Part shown: in pieces, positions 38,542 through 47,113 of the stretch
How the letters are laid out: each line of letters starts with the position of its first letter
Position numbering within the stretch: the first letter of the stretch is position 1
IMG/VR virus record: IMGVR_UViG_3300030376_007346
Reading direction: 5' to 3' (one strand)
DNA length: 64,000 nt
From: an uncultured virus (IMG/VR IMGVR_UViG_3300030376_007346)
Lineage: Duplodnaviria > Heunggongvirae > Uroviricota > Caudoviricetes
Program-made: the position numbers and the translations under genes
Notes under the pieces: model-generated
Database searches by the model: none
Told to the model about the DNA's origin: nothing
What the model saw: the letters and a program-made list of their open reading frames with translations, nothing else

Positions 38542-39240
38542 ATGAGAGTATTAGAAGCACGTGAAATAGGTCATGGGATATTAATTGAACATGATGGTTA
38601 TATTTCTCCTTTGGATAACAAAGAAGTAATTAATGAGATAAGTGAGCCTTCATTTGAGGGTGAAATATTTATGAATGCAATTCTACAAAAATATGACACC
38701 CCTAATCGTAATGGTAGAATCTATCCCGAAAAAATATTAAAAAGAGAAAATGAAAGGTACCAAGACATAATAGGTAAGGGTGCTGCTATTTCTGAATTAA
38801 ACCACCCAGAGTCTTCCTTGATAGATTTAGATAGAGCTTCTCATATCATAACTAAAACATGGTGGGATGGTAATAGATTAATAGGTAGGTTAAAATTATT
38901 AACTTCACCAGCATATCTAAAAGAAGGTATCATTTCCTGTGTAGGTGACCAAGCAGCTAATTTATTAAGACAAGGTGTTACTTTGGGGATATCCTCTAGA
39001 GGGGTCGGTTCACTAACTAAAAACGGAGAATATAATGAAGTTCAAGAAGACTTCGAATTAATTTGTTTTGATTTAGTATCCTCACCATCAACACCAGGCT
39101 CCTACTTATTTAAAGAAGATGATTCTCCCGATACCGTAGATGAATCTAGTGAATCTATAACAAAAGTAAGTAAGGAAAATACAAACCTTAACAAGTCTTT
39201 AAACTTAATGTCTAAATTAGATAATTTCCTAAATAGATAA
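38542..39240 (+). CDS. Prohead protease (T4 gp21-like)
   Basis: NRNGRIYP, ELNHP, GISSRGVGS, FDLVSSPS. Confidence 0.95.
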   Translation: MRVLEAREIGHGILIEHDGYISPLDNKEVINEISEPSFEGEIFMNAILQKYDTPNRNGRIYPEKILKRENERYQDIIGKGAAISELNHPESSLIDLDRASHIITKTWWDGNRLIGRLKLLTSPAYLKEGIISCVGDQAANLLRQGVTLGISSRGVGSLTKNGEYNEVQEDFELICFDLVSSPSTPGSYLFKEDDSPDTVDESSESITKVSKENTNLNKSLNLMSKLDNFLNR

Positions 39241-39353
39241 TTCCCAGTTAAAACTTCTAAATACGGGATTTTTTACAAAAATTGTATATTTATAATAAAA
39301 CCGCGTCTATGCACGTGGCTTTTTATAATAAACTTTTAAAAAATAAAAAAAAC

Positions 39354-40859
39354 GTGAGTGAATCAATTTTAGAAAAAGCGTTGCTCGAGGCGGAACAGTT
39401 GGAAGAAACTATGAAGTCTAATGCAAAAGAAATACTTTCTTCGACAATGAAGGGAGAAATTCAAGAATTAGTAAAAGAATCGTTGAACGAAGACGATTAC
39501 CTTAAGGAGCAAGAAGAAGAAGAAGTTGATGTTATTGACATAGAAGATGAGATGATGGGTGATGAACCTGAAATGGATTTGGAAATGGAAGATGACATAG
39601 AACTTGATATTGAGGACGAGACAGAAACTGAAGAGTTACCTGAACTGCCACCTCTAGACTTAACATTAGCATCCGATGAAGAAGTGTTAAAAGTATTTAA
39701 AGCAATGGGAGACGAAGATGGAATCATTATCCAAAAAGATGATGAAGAAATCGAGTTAACCGATACTACTAATGACACTGAATACATCATTAAATTAGAC
39801 GAAGAAAAAAAATCAAAAACAATGAAAAAAGCAGTCAAAGAAACCAAAGAAGTTTCCGAAATGGATAACATGGATGAAATGGATAACATGGACGAAATGG
39901 ATATGGAAGAAATGGAAGATATGGATGAAGTTGTTTACGAAATTGAATTGTCTGAAGATTACGAAGAAGAAGACCACAAAGACAGAGATGAATTTGATGG
40001 TAGAGATTCTGAAGTAGTTGGTGTAGATTCGGATATTAAAAAACAAAGAATGGAGGAAGACGCAGATTGGGGTGAAAATAAACATGAGTACAAAAGAAAA
40101 AGTTCTGGTGGTGTAAAACATAGAGCTGGGGATGTCGGAGGCGGCAAATACGGTAAAGGTGGTCACTATAAGGACTATGAAGGTGAACTCGGTGAAGACT
40201 CTGATTGGGGTGGTAACAAAAAAGATTATCATAGACATATGGACAAAGCTGGACACAAAACTAAAAGTGGTGTCGTAGGTGGAGGAAAATATGGAAAAGG
40301 TGGTCATTATAAAGACTATGAAGGTGAAATGGACGAAGCTTCAAGAACTTTAGGGTTCGGAAGAGAGTCTGGTGGTAAACACAAACCTTCTGGAATTAGA
40401 AAAGCTATCACTAACAATCGTAACTTAGGTGAAAGTCGTATTAGAAAGTCCTATAATCTTCTTAAAGAAGAGGTAGAAACTTTAAAGGTGAAGAATGGTG
40501 AGTACAAACAAGCCTTAACAACTTTTAAAGATAAATTGAATGAAGTGGGTGTGTTTAATTCAAATTTAGCTTACGTGACACGTCTGTTTACAGAACATTC
40601 AACTACCAAGCAGGAAAAAATCAACGTTTTGAAACGTTTTGATGGTACAAAATCATTAAAAGATTCAAAAGAGTTGTATAAGGTAATCAAAGAAGAACTT
40701 TCTCAGGAAGTAGTTAAAAAACCTACAAAAACAATTGCTGAGTCAGTTGAAAGTAAAATTACTAAAACTCCTACTAGTGGAGGTAAATTATTGGAATCAA
40801 AAGTTTACGAAAACCCACAATTTAGTAGGATGAAAGACTTAATGTCTAAAATTAAATAA
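39354..40859 (+). CDS. Prohead scaffolding/core protein (T4 gp22-like position)
   Basis: Between protease and capsid; very acidic, coiled coil; likely GTG start at 39354 after an A-rich tract; C-terminal FSRMKDLM. Confidence 0.8.
   Translation: MSESILEKALLEAEQLEETMKSNAKEILSSTMKGEIQELVKESLNEDDYLKEQEEEEVDVIDIEDEMMGDEPEMDLEMEDDIELDIEDETETEELPELPPLDLTLASDEEVLKVFKAMGDEDGIIIQKDDEEIELTDTTNDTEYIIKLDEEKKSKTMKKAVKETKEVSEMDNMDEMDNMDEMDMEEMEDMDEVVYEIELSEDYEEEDHKDRDEFDGRDSEVVGVDSDIKKQRMEEDADWGENKHEYKRKSSGGVKHRAGDVGGGKYGKGGHYKDYEGELGEDSDWGGNKKDYHRHMDKAGHKTKSGVVGGGKYGKGGHYKDYEGEMDEASRTLGFGRESGGKHKPSGIRKAITNNRNLGESRIRKSYNLLKEEVETLKVKNGEYKQALTTFKDKLNEVGVFNSNLAYVTRLFTEHSTTKQEKINVLKRFDGTKSLKDSKELYKVIKEELSQEVVKKPTKTIAESVESKITKTPTSGGKLLESKVYENPQFSRMKDLMSKIK
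40056..40328 (+). repeat. Two ~46-aa tandem repeats inside the scaffold gene
   Basis: ED.DWG.NK..Y.R...G.VGGGKYGKGGHYKDYEGE at 40056 and 40194. Confidence 0.9.
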
Positions 40860-40885
40860 ACGCTTTTTAAAAAATAAAAAAAACT

Positions 40886-42652
40886 ATGGGAGCACTATTA
40901 GAATCAGGTATGGTTGGTAACATTGGGTTAAAACACCTTAAAGTTATCAAAGAAGATACCTTAAACAAATGGAACGGTCTTGGATTTCTTGATGGTCTTA
41001 AAGGACACATTAAGGAAAATATAGCTCAGCTATATGAAAACCAAGCAACATACCTAATCAACGAAGCTACAACAGCTTCTGATTCAGGTTCATTCGAAAC
41101 GGTTGTTTTCCCAATAATTAGAAGAGTATTCTCGAAATTATTGGCAAACGATATCGTTTCTGTACAAGCTATGAACTTACCAATCGGTAAATTATTCTAC
41201 TTTGTACCTAAAATCGCAGCAAGAAAAGGAACTGGTCACTATGCACCTTACGGTCAAACGGGAGGTCCTGGTACTCCAGGTGGTCCTTACTCTGCAGCAT
41301 CTACAAGTTTATATGACGAGTATTATGCACCAAACGCACCACTAGGTGAGACTGAAGGTTTATACGACTACTCAAGAGGAGCTTATACTGAAGTTACAAA
41401 AACAACTGGTGATAACGGAGCAGATATTAACAATGGTTTAGCAGCAGTTACTTGGGATGGAAATGCTTTAACTGCATCAGCTACAATGGTACCAGGTACT
41501 TGTACGAGGTCACAAATCCTTAAATTAAGTGGTTTCTCTTCTACAGGTGTTGGTAAATTAACTGGTCCTGATGGAAATGAACAAGATACTGAAGAGTTCT
41601 TAGCTTCATTAAAATTCACGACTACGGCTGATACAATGTGTTGTGGTGGTACATCTACTCCAAATATTGCAGCTGGTCAACCAATTTTATTCCGTGTTGT
41701 AACACAGAAATATGGTTACGGTATCGTAGATAGAGCTGACACTTGTGACTCAAACGGTGATATTTTTGTTGAATTAGATTTATCTTGTCCAGCATGTATC
41801 AACTGTCAATCAACTGATGGTTATATTGGTTCTACTGCAGCGTCTGCTTATCATATCTCAGCAAAATGGAGACAATACGCTACATTAGAATTTGAAGATG
41901 AAATGGGTGAAGTTTCTTTCGACCTACAAGCTGTTACAGTTTCGGTTAGTGAAAGAAAATTAAGAGCTTCTTGGTCACCAGAACTTGCACAAGATGTTTC
42001 TGCATTCCATAACATTGATGCTGAAGCTGAATTAACAGCTTTATTATCTGAGGAAGTTGCAGCAGAAATCGATAGAGAAATCTTGAGAGACCTTAGAAAA
42101 GGTGCAGCATGGAACTTAAGATGGGACTACAACGGATGGAAGAGATTCTCATCTGGACAAGCTCCATACACTCAAAAAGATTGGAATCAAACATTGATTA
42201 CAGCTATAAACCAAATTTCAGCTCAAATCCACAAGTCTACTTTAAGAGGTGGGGCTAACTGGATTGTATGTTCTTCTGAGGTTTCTGCAATCTTTGATGA
42301 CTTGGAGTACTTCCACGTTTCAAACGCAGCACCAGAGCAAGACCAATACAATATGGGTATTGAAAAAGTTGGAACATTATCAGGAAGATTTACTGTATAT
42401 AGAGACCCTTACTTCCCAGCTAACCAAGTGTTACTAGGACATAAAGGAACATCTTTATTGGATACTGGGTACGTTTACGCACCGTATGTACCATTACAGT
42501 TAACTCCAACAATGTACAACCCATTCAACTTTACACCAATCAAAGGTATCATGACTAGATACGCTAAGAAAATGGTGAACAATAGATTCTATGGAAGAAT
42601 CACTGTTGATGGTGTTAAAACTTTTGATGTAAGAGAATTGAAAAGATTCTAG
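40886..42652 (+). CDS. Major capsid protein (T4 gp23-like) with central insertion
   Basis: VSVQAMNLP.GKLFY, RKLRASWSPELAQD, AEIDREI, YAPYVPL, GIMTRY. Confidence 0.96.
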   Translation: MGALLESGMVGNIGLKHLKVIKEDTLNKWNGLGFLDGLKGHIKENIAQLYENQATYLINEATTASDSGSFETVVFPIIRRVFSKLLANDIVSVQAMNLPIGKLFYFVPKIAARKGTGHYAPYGQTGGPGTPGGPYSAASTSLYDEYYAPNAPLGETEGLYDYSRGAYTEVTKTTGDNGADINNGLAAVTWDGNALTASATMVPGTCTRSQILKLSGFSSTGVGKLTGPDGNEQDTEEFLASLKFTTTADTMCCGGTSTPNIAAGQPILFRVVTQKYGYGIVDRADTCDSNGDIFVELDLSCPACINCQSTDGYIGSTAASAYHISAKWRQYATLEFEDEMGEVSFDLQAVTVSVSERKLRASWSPELAQDVSAFHNIDAEAELTALLSEEVAAEIDREILRDLRKGAAWNLRWDYNGWKRFSSGQAPYTQKDWNQTLITAINQISAQIHKSTLRGGANWIVCSSEVSAIFDDLEYFHVSNAAPEQDQYNMGIEKVGTLSGRFTVYRDPYFPANQVLLGHKGTSLLDTGYVYAPYVPLQLTPTMYNPFNFTPIKGIMTRYAKKMVNNRFYGRITVDGVKTFDVRELKRF

Positions 42653-42677
42653 TAACTGAATAAGTTATATATAAAAG

Positions 42678-42704
42678 AAGCCCTCTTTATGAGGGCTTTT
42701 TTTT
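42678..42704 (+). terminator. Intrinsic terminator after capsid gene
   Basis: aagccctc-tttat-gagggctt followed by a T-run. Confidence 0.85.
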
Positions 42705-42733
42705 ATGCACTGATATTTATAATAAAAACGATT

Positions 42734-43024
42734 ATGAACTTCTTTAAAAACATGTTAAGTAGTGAAGGTAAAGTTTCTAGTAAGAGATTTGTTACTTTCG
42801 TATGTCTTCTATTTATGTTAATTGGTTATACAGCAAATCTTTTTTGGGATTTTACAATTGACGATAATTTATTTGAGTCTTTACAATGGATTGTAATGGC
42901 AGGTCTTGGTTTTACAGCTGCAGAGAATTTCTCACCGAAAGATGAGGTTGTTGTGGAAGAAGAACCAACACCATCATCTACCACAGTAACTCATGAATAT
43001 AATTATGATGATGAAGATATTTAA
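42734..43024 (+). CDS. Two-TM holin-like membrane protein
   Basis: Likely ATG at 42734; SSKRF followed by two hydrophobic helices and an acidic tail. Confidence 0.55.
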   Translation: MNFFKNMLSSEGKVSSKRFVTFVCLLFMLIGYTANLFWDFTIDDNLFESLQWIVMAGLGFTAAENFSPKDEVVVEEEPTPSSTTVTHEYNYDDEDI

Positions 43025-43030
43025 AAAACA

Positions 43031-43057
43031 AAAACCACTCTTTTGAGTGGTTTTTTT
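43031..43057. terminator. Bidirectional terminator
   Basis: aaaaccactc-tttt-gagtggtttt. Confidence 0.85.
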
Positions 43058-43085
43058 ATATCTTTATTTTTTAATTAACTGTTAT

Positions 43086-43148
43086 TTAACAGTCACAACA
43101 AGTACAGTCACATTTCGTACCACACTTACAAATTTCACAATCACACAT
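43086..43148 (-). CDS. Metallothionein-like micro-peptide (20 aa, 9 Cys), not in ORF track
   Basis: MCDCEICKCGTKCDCTCCDC*; A-rich upstream region; last ORF before the terminator. Confidence 0.75.
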   Translation of the reverse strand: MCDCEICKCGTKCDCTCCDC

Positions 43149-43172
43149 AATTTTTAATTTTTTAAGTTTTAT

Positions 43173-43622
43173 TTATTTATTAGCGTGAAAAGCATCTAAT
43201 TGTTCTTGACAATCTTTTTCACTAGTACATTTTCTCCAGACACCACCTTTTTTGTTATTTAATATAACCCAGCCGTCTCCTCTTTTTTTAATGCAACCAG
43301 AACCACCTTCTGATTCAGCACATCCTTTTCCTTCTGCTTCAGTTAAGTTTTTTTTAAGTCTAGAAATAAGTTTTGATTCTTCTAAACCCTCCATCCAGGC
43401 ATCTTCATCATCTGAACCTGGTTGATTAGTCACATTAACATTAAGTTGTTCTTCCTCACCATTATCTTCTTCTATATCTTCTTTCTCTAATAGGTCTTTA
43501 TATTTGGCTGTAGGAGTGTTCATCATTCCTAAATTTTGTGCGTTACCGTTACTTAGATTTTCTTTTACTAATTTTTCTATTAAATCTACTAACTCACCTT
43601 CTGACATTCTTATTTTTTTCAT
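43173..43622 (-). CDS. Leader-bearing small protein
   Basis: MKKIRMSEGELVDLIEKLVKE; Cys-containing C-terminal module after NLTE. Confidence 0.75.
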   Translation of the reverse strand: MKKIRMSEGELVDLIEKLVKENLSNGNAQNLGMMNTPTAKYKDLLEKEDIEEDNGEEEQLNVNVTNQPGSDDEDAWMEGLEESKLISRLKKNLTEAEGKGCAESEGGSGCIKKRGDGWVILNNKKGGVWRKCTSEKDCQEQLDAFHANK

Positions 43623-45124
43623 AATTGATTAACTATTTGAAATTTTATTACTTTCCTATAAGTATCTACTTGTTGATTAGAAGTTGCTTTGATATCTAAG
43701 TGATATTCGTTAGGTATCAACCAACCCGTATCCAGTAAGAAGTAATTATGGGTAAAAGTTCTATTTATTGGTGTCCATGGGACAACTTCGACCTCAGTAG
43801 TTCCTTGTTTAACGTATAACCTATAATCTATATTATCTACAAGTACTTGTTGGTCTACTGTATATGGTACACGTGTAGAAACGAAAACTTTTCTAGTGTC
43901 ACCATTAGTTATTTTTTCATCTTCTTTTATACCAGATACTGAATACCCATAAACTTTAGGTTCACCAGCGGTAGAACCGATACTAAACCCAGAATCATAA
44001 ATAATAAACTCATTCTCAACGTTAGGTTGAAAATTACCATTAATAGATATGTTAGACCATATATCTTCATATAATACAGGAGCATTTTGAGGTATGGCCG
44101 ATACAGTTAAATCTATATAGTAAGCCCCACAAGTTAAAGTACTAGAAGTTAAAACATTAGTTGCTACCCCATTACAATCTCTAATTGTTACAACTGGAAG
44201 AAAATCTAAACATATAGGATTCCCATTATGGTCGTAAACATATAAAAACAACCTATTCTCAACCCCTAGGTTAAAATTACTTCTACTATCATTGATATAG
44301 TCGTCATAATAAGTCTCCAAGTAAGGTTCAAAAAAAGTTTGAGTATACTTAGTAAAAAACCCTACAGAGTAAGCCTCAGTAAGTCCAGTTAAGTGTTCAA
44401 ACTCAGGTATAAATGCAATACCGTAAGTATTAGCTGAGGTAGTATTTGTAGAAGCAGTAAGTAAGGTATTGATTTCATCCGTTAATGTGTTGGATTGAAA
44501 ATTAATATTTTCATTACCATTATCAAATTTTTGAGTGGCTAACACAGTATAAGTTACAGGTACGGTATTGATGTAGGTACCAGGAAACGACCAACTATTT
44601 AAAGTTGTAGACGAAAACCAATTACTTGGTCTGAGGGAATAGGTCAGGTCAAATTCCGGTGCAAACTGACCATCAGGTACTTGAAAATCGTAACCAACAC
44701 CTTCATCCCACGAATCACCAGAAACAGCTTTAAATAACATCAACTCAAAAGACGTAGCCCTTCTTGTGTCTGTCACTAATACCTTATCATTCAGTAAAGT
44801 TTCGTCAAAATTAGAAGTGTTAACCATTTTTATTGAATGGGTGGTTGCGGTAGAAGCTGTTAAATCTAAACAACAACTACTAATCTTATGTTTTAAATCA
44901 GTTAAATCTAAATCAAATATAAACCTACTAAACCCTTGAACTACTGTTGGTGTAAAACCAGTTTTTCCATTACATGTACTACCAGTTAATAAAGGTGTGT
45001 AAACACAATCTTTTTTTACATTTTTACCATAAAATAATTGTGTTACTGGATTTTTAGCTGTATTAACTAAACTATTTGCAACGATAGTGTTATTTTTACT
45101 GAAATATGACCTATGTATAGACAT
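43619..45124 (-). CDS. Putative virion structural protein (beta-rich)
   Basis: 501 aa, T/S/N-rich; ATATTTATA motif at 45139-45147. Confidence 0.6.
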   Translation of the reverse strand: MSIHRSYFSKNNTIVANSLVNTAKNPVTQLFYGKNVKKDCVYTPLLTGSTCNGKTGFTPTVVQGFSRFIFDLDLTDLKHKISSCCLDLTASTATTHSIKMVNTSNFDETLLNDKVLVTDTRRATSFELMLFKAVSGDSWDEGVGYDFQVPDGQFAPEFDLTYSLRPSNWFSSTTLNSWSFPGTYINTVPVTYTVLATQKFDNGNENINFQSNTLTDEINTLLTASTNTTSANTYGIAFIPEFEHLTGLTEAYSVGFFTKYTQTFFEPYLETYYDDYINDSRSNFNLGVENRLFLYVYDHNGNPICLDFLPVVTIRDCNGVATNVLTSSTLTCGAYYIDLTVSAIPQNAPVLYEDIWSNISINGNFQPNVENEFIIYDSGFSIGSTAGEPKVYGYSVSGIKEDEKITNGDTRKVFVSTRVPYTVDQQVLVDNIDYRLYVKQGTTEVEVVPWTPINRTFTHNYFLLDTGWLIPNEYHLDIKATSNQQVDTYRKVIKFQIVNQL

Positions 45125-45147
45125 TAAATTGTTTTTATTATAAATAT

Positions 45148-46926
45148 CTAGTTAATCCGTATATTTTGATTTAATATTTTAGATGGTGCTTCTAATAGCA
45201 TTCCATTCATTTCACTTACCGTAGAACCACCATGTGCTGTTGGTACAGGAGCCATTCCTGGAAATGCGTGAGTATGGTTAGATGTAAATTCTACAATTTT
45301 TTCTAACAATTTTAATAATTCCTCACCCCTTACTAGTGAATTGGTTTGGTTCTCTATAGTTTCTATAAATTTTCTTTGTGAAATTCCGTAATTAGTGTCC
45401 AAAGTTATTTTACCCAATTCAGTAGAATGATGAGAAATCAAATAGATTTTTTCTGATGCGGCGGTGATAAAACCCTGTTGCATTCCTTCATTTAATTTTA
45501 TTACACTATTAGTAACTTCTTTTTCTTCTGGTTTAGGTTCTCTTTCTGCAGAATCTTCTGTATAAGCAAGACCATAAGCTTCGGTTTCTACACCATCTAA
45601 CTTTATTAATTCTTTTAATTGGGACAAACTACCCTGTAAAGTCATCCACCCACCAACGGCAGGAGCGGGTTGAGCACCGTCCATTAAAAGTTTGGTACTC
45701 ATCACCGGTCTATAGTATAAAGGATGAATTCTTTGTAAATAATCACCAACACCACTAGACTTATTTAAATTAACATTAGGGTTAAACGTTTTTGTAACTA
45801 TAGCTCCCGTAATATCTAGGGGTTTTATAAATTCTCTCCATTTACCCTTATCTACTTGGTCTATGTAGTCATTAATAACTAATCCTAAAGTTTCCATATC
45901 TGGAATATTTATGAAGTTAAGTCGTGAAACCTGGTTTAAGGAAGCCGGAGAACCACCAAAAGTAGTATAAACAATTTCGGTTTCTGGTCCAAAATCTCCA
46001 GCCATAAAAACATTATCTTTACTATCCGCCATAGGCATTTTATATAATGTAATATAACCATTAATAGTACCACCACTTAAAGCTACAGAATCTATATAAT
46101 ATTCTACTAAAGTAGCTAAAGGACTATCCGGGAGTATAGATTCTTTTGTTGTTTCTTCTTGGGCAAACATGGTATCCTCATGATAGTTTAATTGTATCAT
46201 GGTTTGGTAGGGGTTAGACGTAGGTTTAGACTTTAACCCCCCTTCATACTTTAATTTACCCGTACGTATCAATATTTGTGGGTATGTATCTATAGTTGGT
46301 GGTATCGTGAAGGGTGGATACACCTTATCTTTCATACCTAAGATAATATCACTATTTTCTCTACCAACAAGACTTATGTCGTCGGGATTTGCAAAACTTC
46401 CCTTACCTTCTTCTTCTGGTTGTCCCTGTGGATTTATTTTAGGTTCACTATTTTGACCTATAGGTGCAAAAGGAAGATTGCCTTTATCTTGTTTACCTTG
46501 TTGGGTGTTTTGGAATCCGTGTTCATAACTATCATTTTCTATATAACCCTCCTCCGAAATATATGGACCAATATATTCTTCTTGTGAATTACCTTTTGCT
46601 ATCTCAGATTTTAAAAGTTTTATACCTTCATTAACTTTAGGTACCACATTTATGTGAAGTGGAAGAAAAGGACCATAAACATAAGGGTCTTTTTTACCCC
46701 AAGGTATATAAAGGTTTGAATTGGCTGCCTCTATATCTCTATCTTTTATATATTGTTCAGGGTTGGTAACTTTTGCTTCAGTCATATCCGAACCAAAAGG
46801 TTTAATTGCTCTTATTCTCCCAGCACGTTTAGGGTCCTGGTTATTAACACAAACGGCATACTCTGTTATTTTAGAGTATTGAATTCCCGCACTGGAATCT
46901 AATTGATAACTATCTTTTTCAGCCAT
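45148..46926 (-). CDS. Baseplate hub/spike-like protein (gp5/gpV-like)
   Basis: N-terminal NNQDPKRAGRIR OB-fold-type motif; C-terminal VRGEEL...NHTH. Confidence 0.6.
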   Translation of the reverse strand: MAEKDSYQLDSSAGIQYSKITEYAVCVNNQDPKRAGRIRAIKPFGSDMTEAKVTNPEQYIKDRDIEAANSNLYIPWGKKDPYVYGPFLPLHINVVPKVNEGIKLLKSEIAKGNSQEEYIGPYISEEGYIENDSYEHGFQNTQQGKQDKGNLPFAPIGQNSEPKINPQGQPEEEGKGSFANPDDISLVGRENSDIILGMKDKVYPPFTIPPTIDTYPQILIRTGKLKYEGGLKSKPTSNPYQTMIQLNYHEDTMFAQEETTKESILPDSPLATLVEYYIDSVALSGGTINGYITLYKMPMADSKDNVFMAGDFGPETEIVYTTFGGSPASLNQVSRLNFINIPDMETLGLVINDYIDQVDKGKWREFIKPLDITGAIVTKTFNPNVNLNKSSGVGDYLQRIHPLYYRPVMSTKLLMDGAQPAPAVGGWMTLQGSLSQLKELIKLDGVETEAYGLAYTEDSAEREPKPEEKEVTNSVIKLNEGMQQGFITAASEKIYLISHHSTELGKITLDTNYGISQRKFIETIENQTNSLVRGEELLKLLEKIVEFTSNHTHAFPGMAPVPTAHGGSTVSEMNGMLLEAPSKILNQNIRIN

Positions 46927-47107
46927 TAGGTTTTCTCTTTTTCATTTCGTTATTTAACAAATTAAATTTTTTTTCAACATCCTCTATATGTAAAGTCAAA
47001 TCAATAAGTATTTTTTTAGTCTTATCAAATTCCTCGTGTAAAGTTTGCATTACTTCTAATATGTCTTTACTAGGTTTAGTTTTATATTCTTTAAAAAATT
47101 CTTCCAT
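46919..47107 (-). CDS. Small coiled-coil hypothetical protein
   Basis: 62 aa, overlaps next start. Confidence 0.7.
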   Translation of the reverse strand: MEEFFKEYKTKPSKDILEVMQTLHEEFDKTKKILIDLTLHIEDVEKKFNLLNNEMKKRKPNG

Positions 47108-47113
47108 AATAAT

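Noticed and set aside
39282..39353. TTG start for the scaffold given in the ORF track
   Set aside because: It overlaps the late promoter motif; GTG at 39354 after an A-rich tract is more plausible
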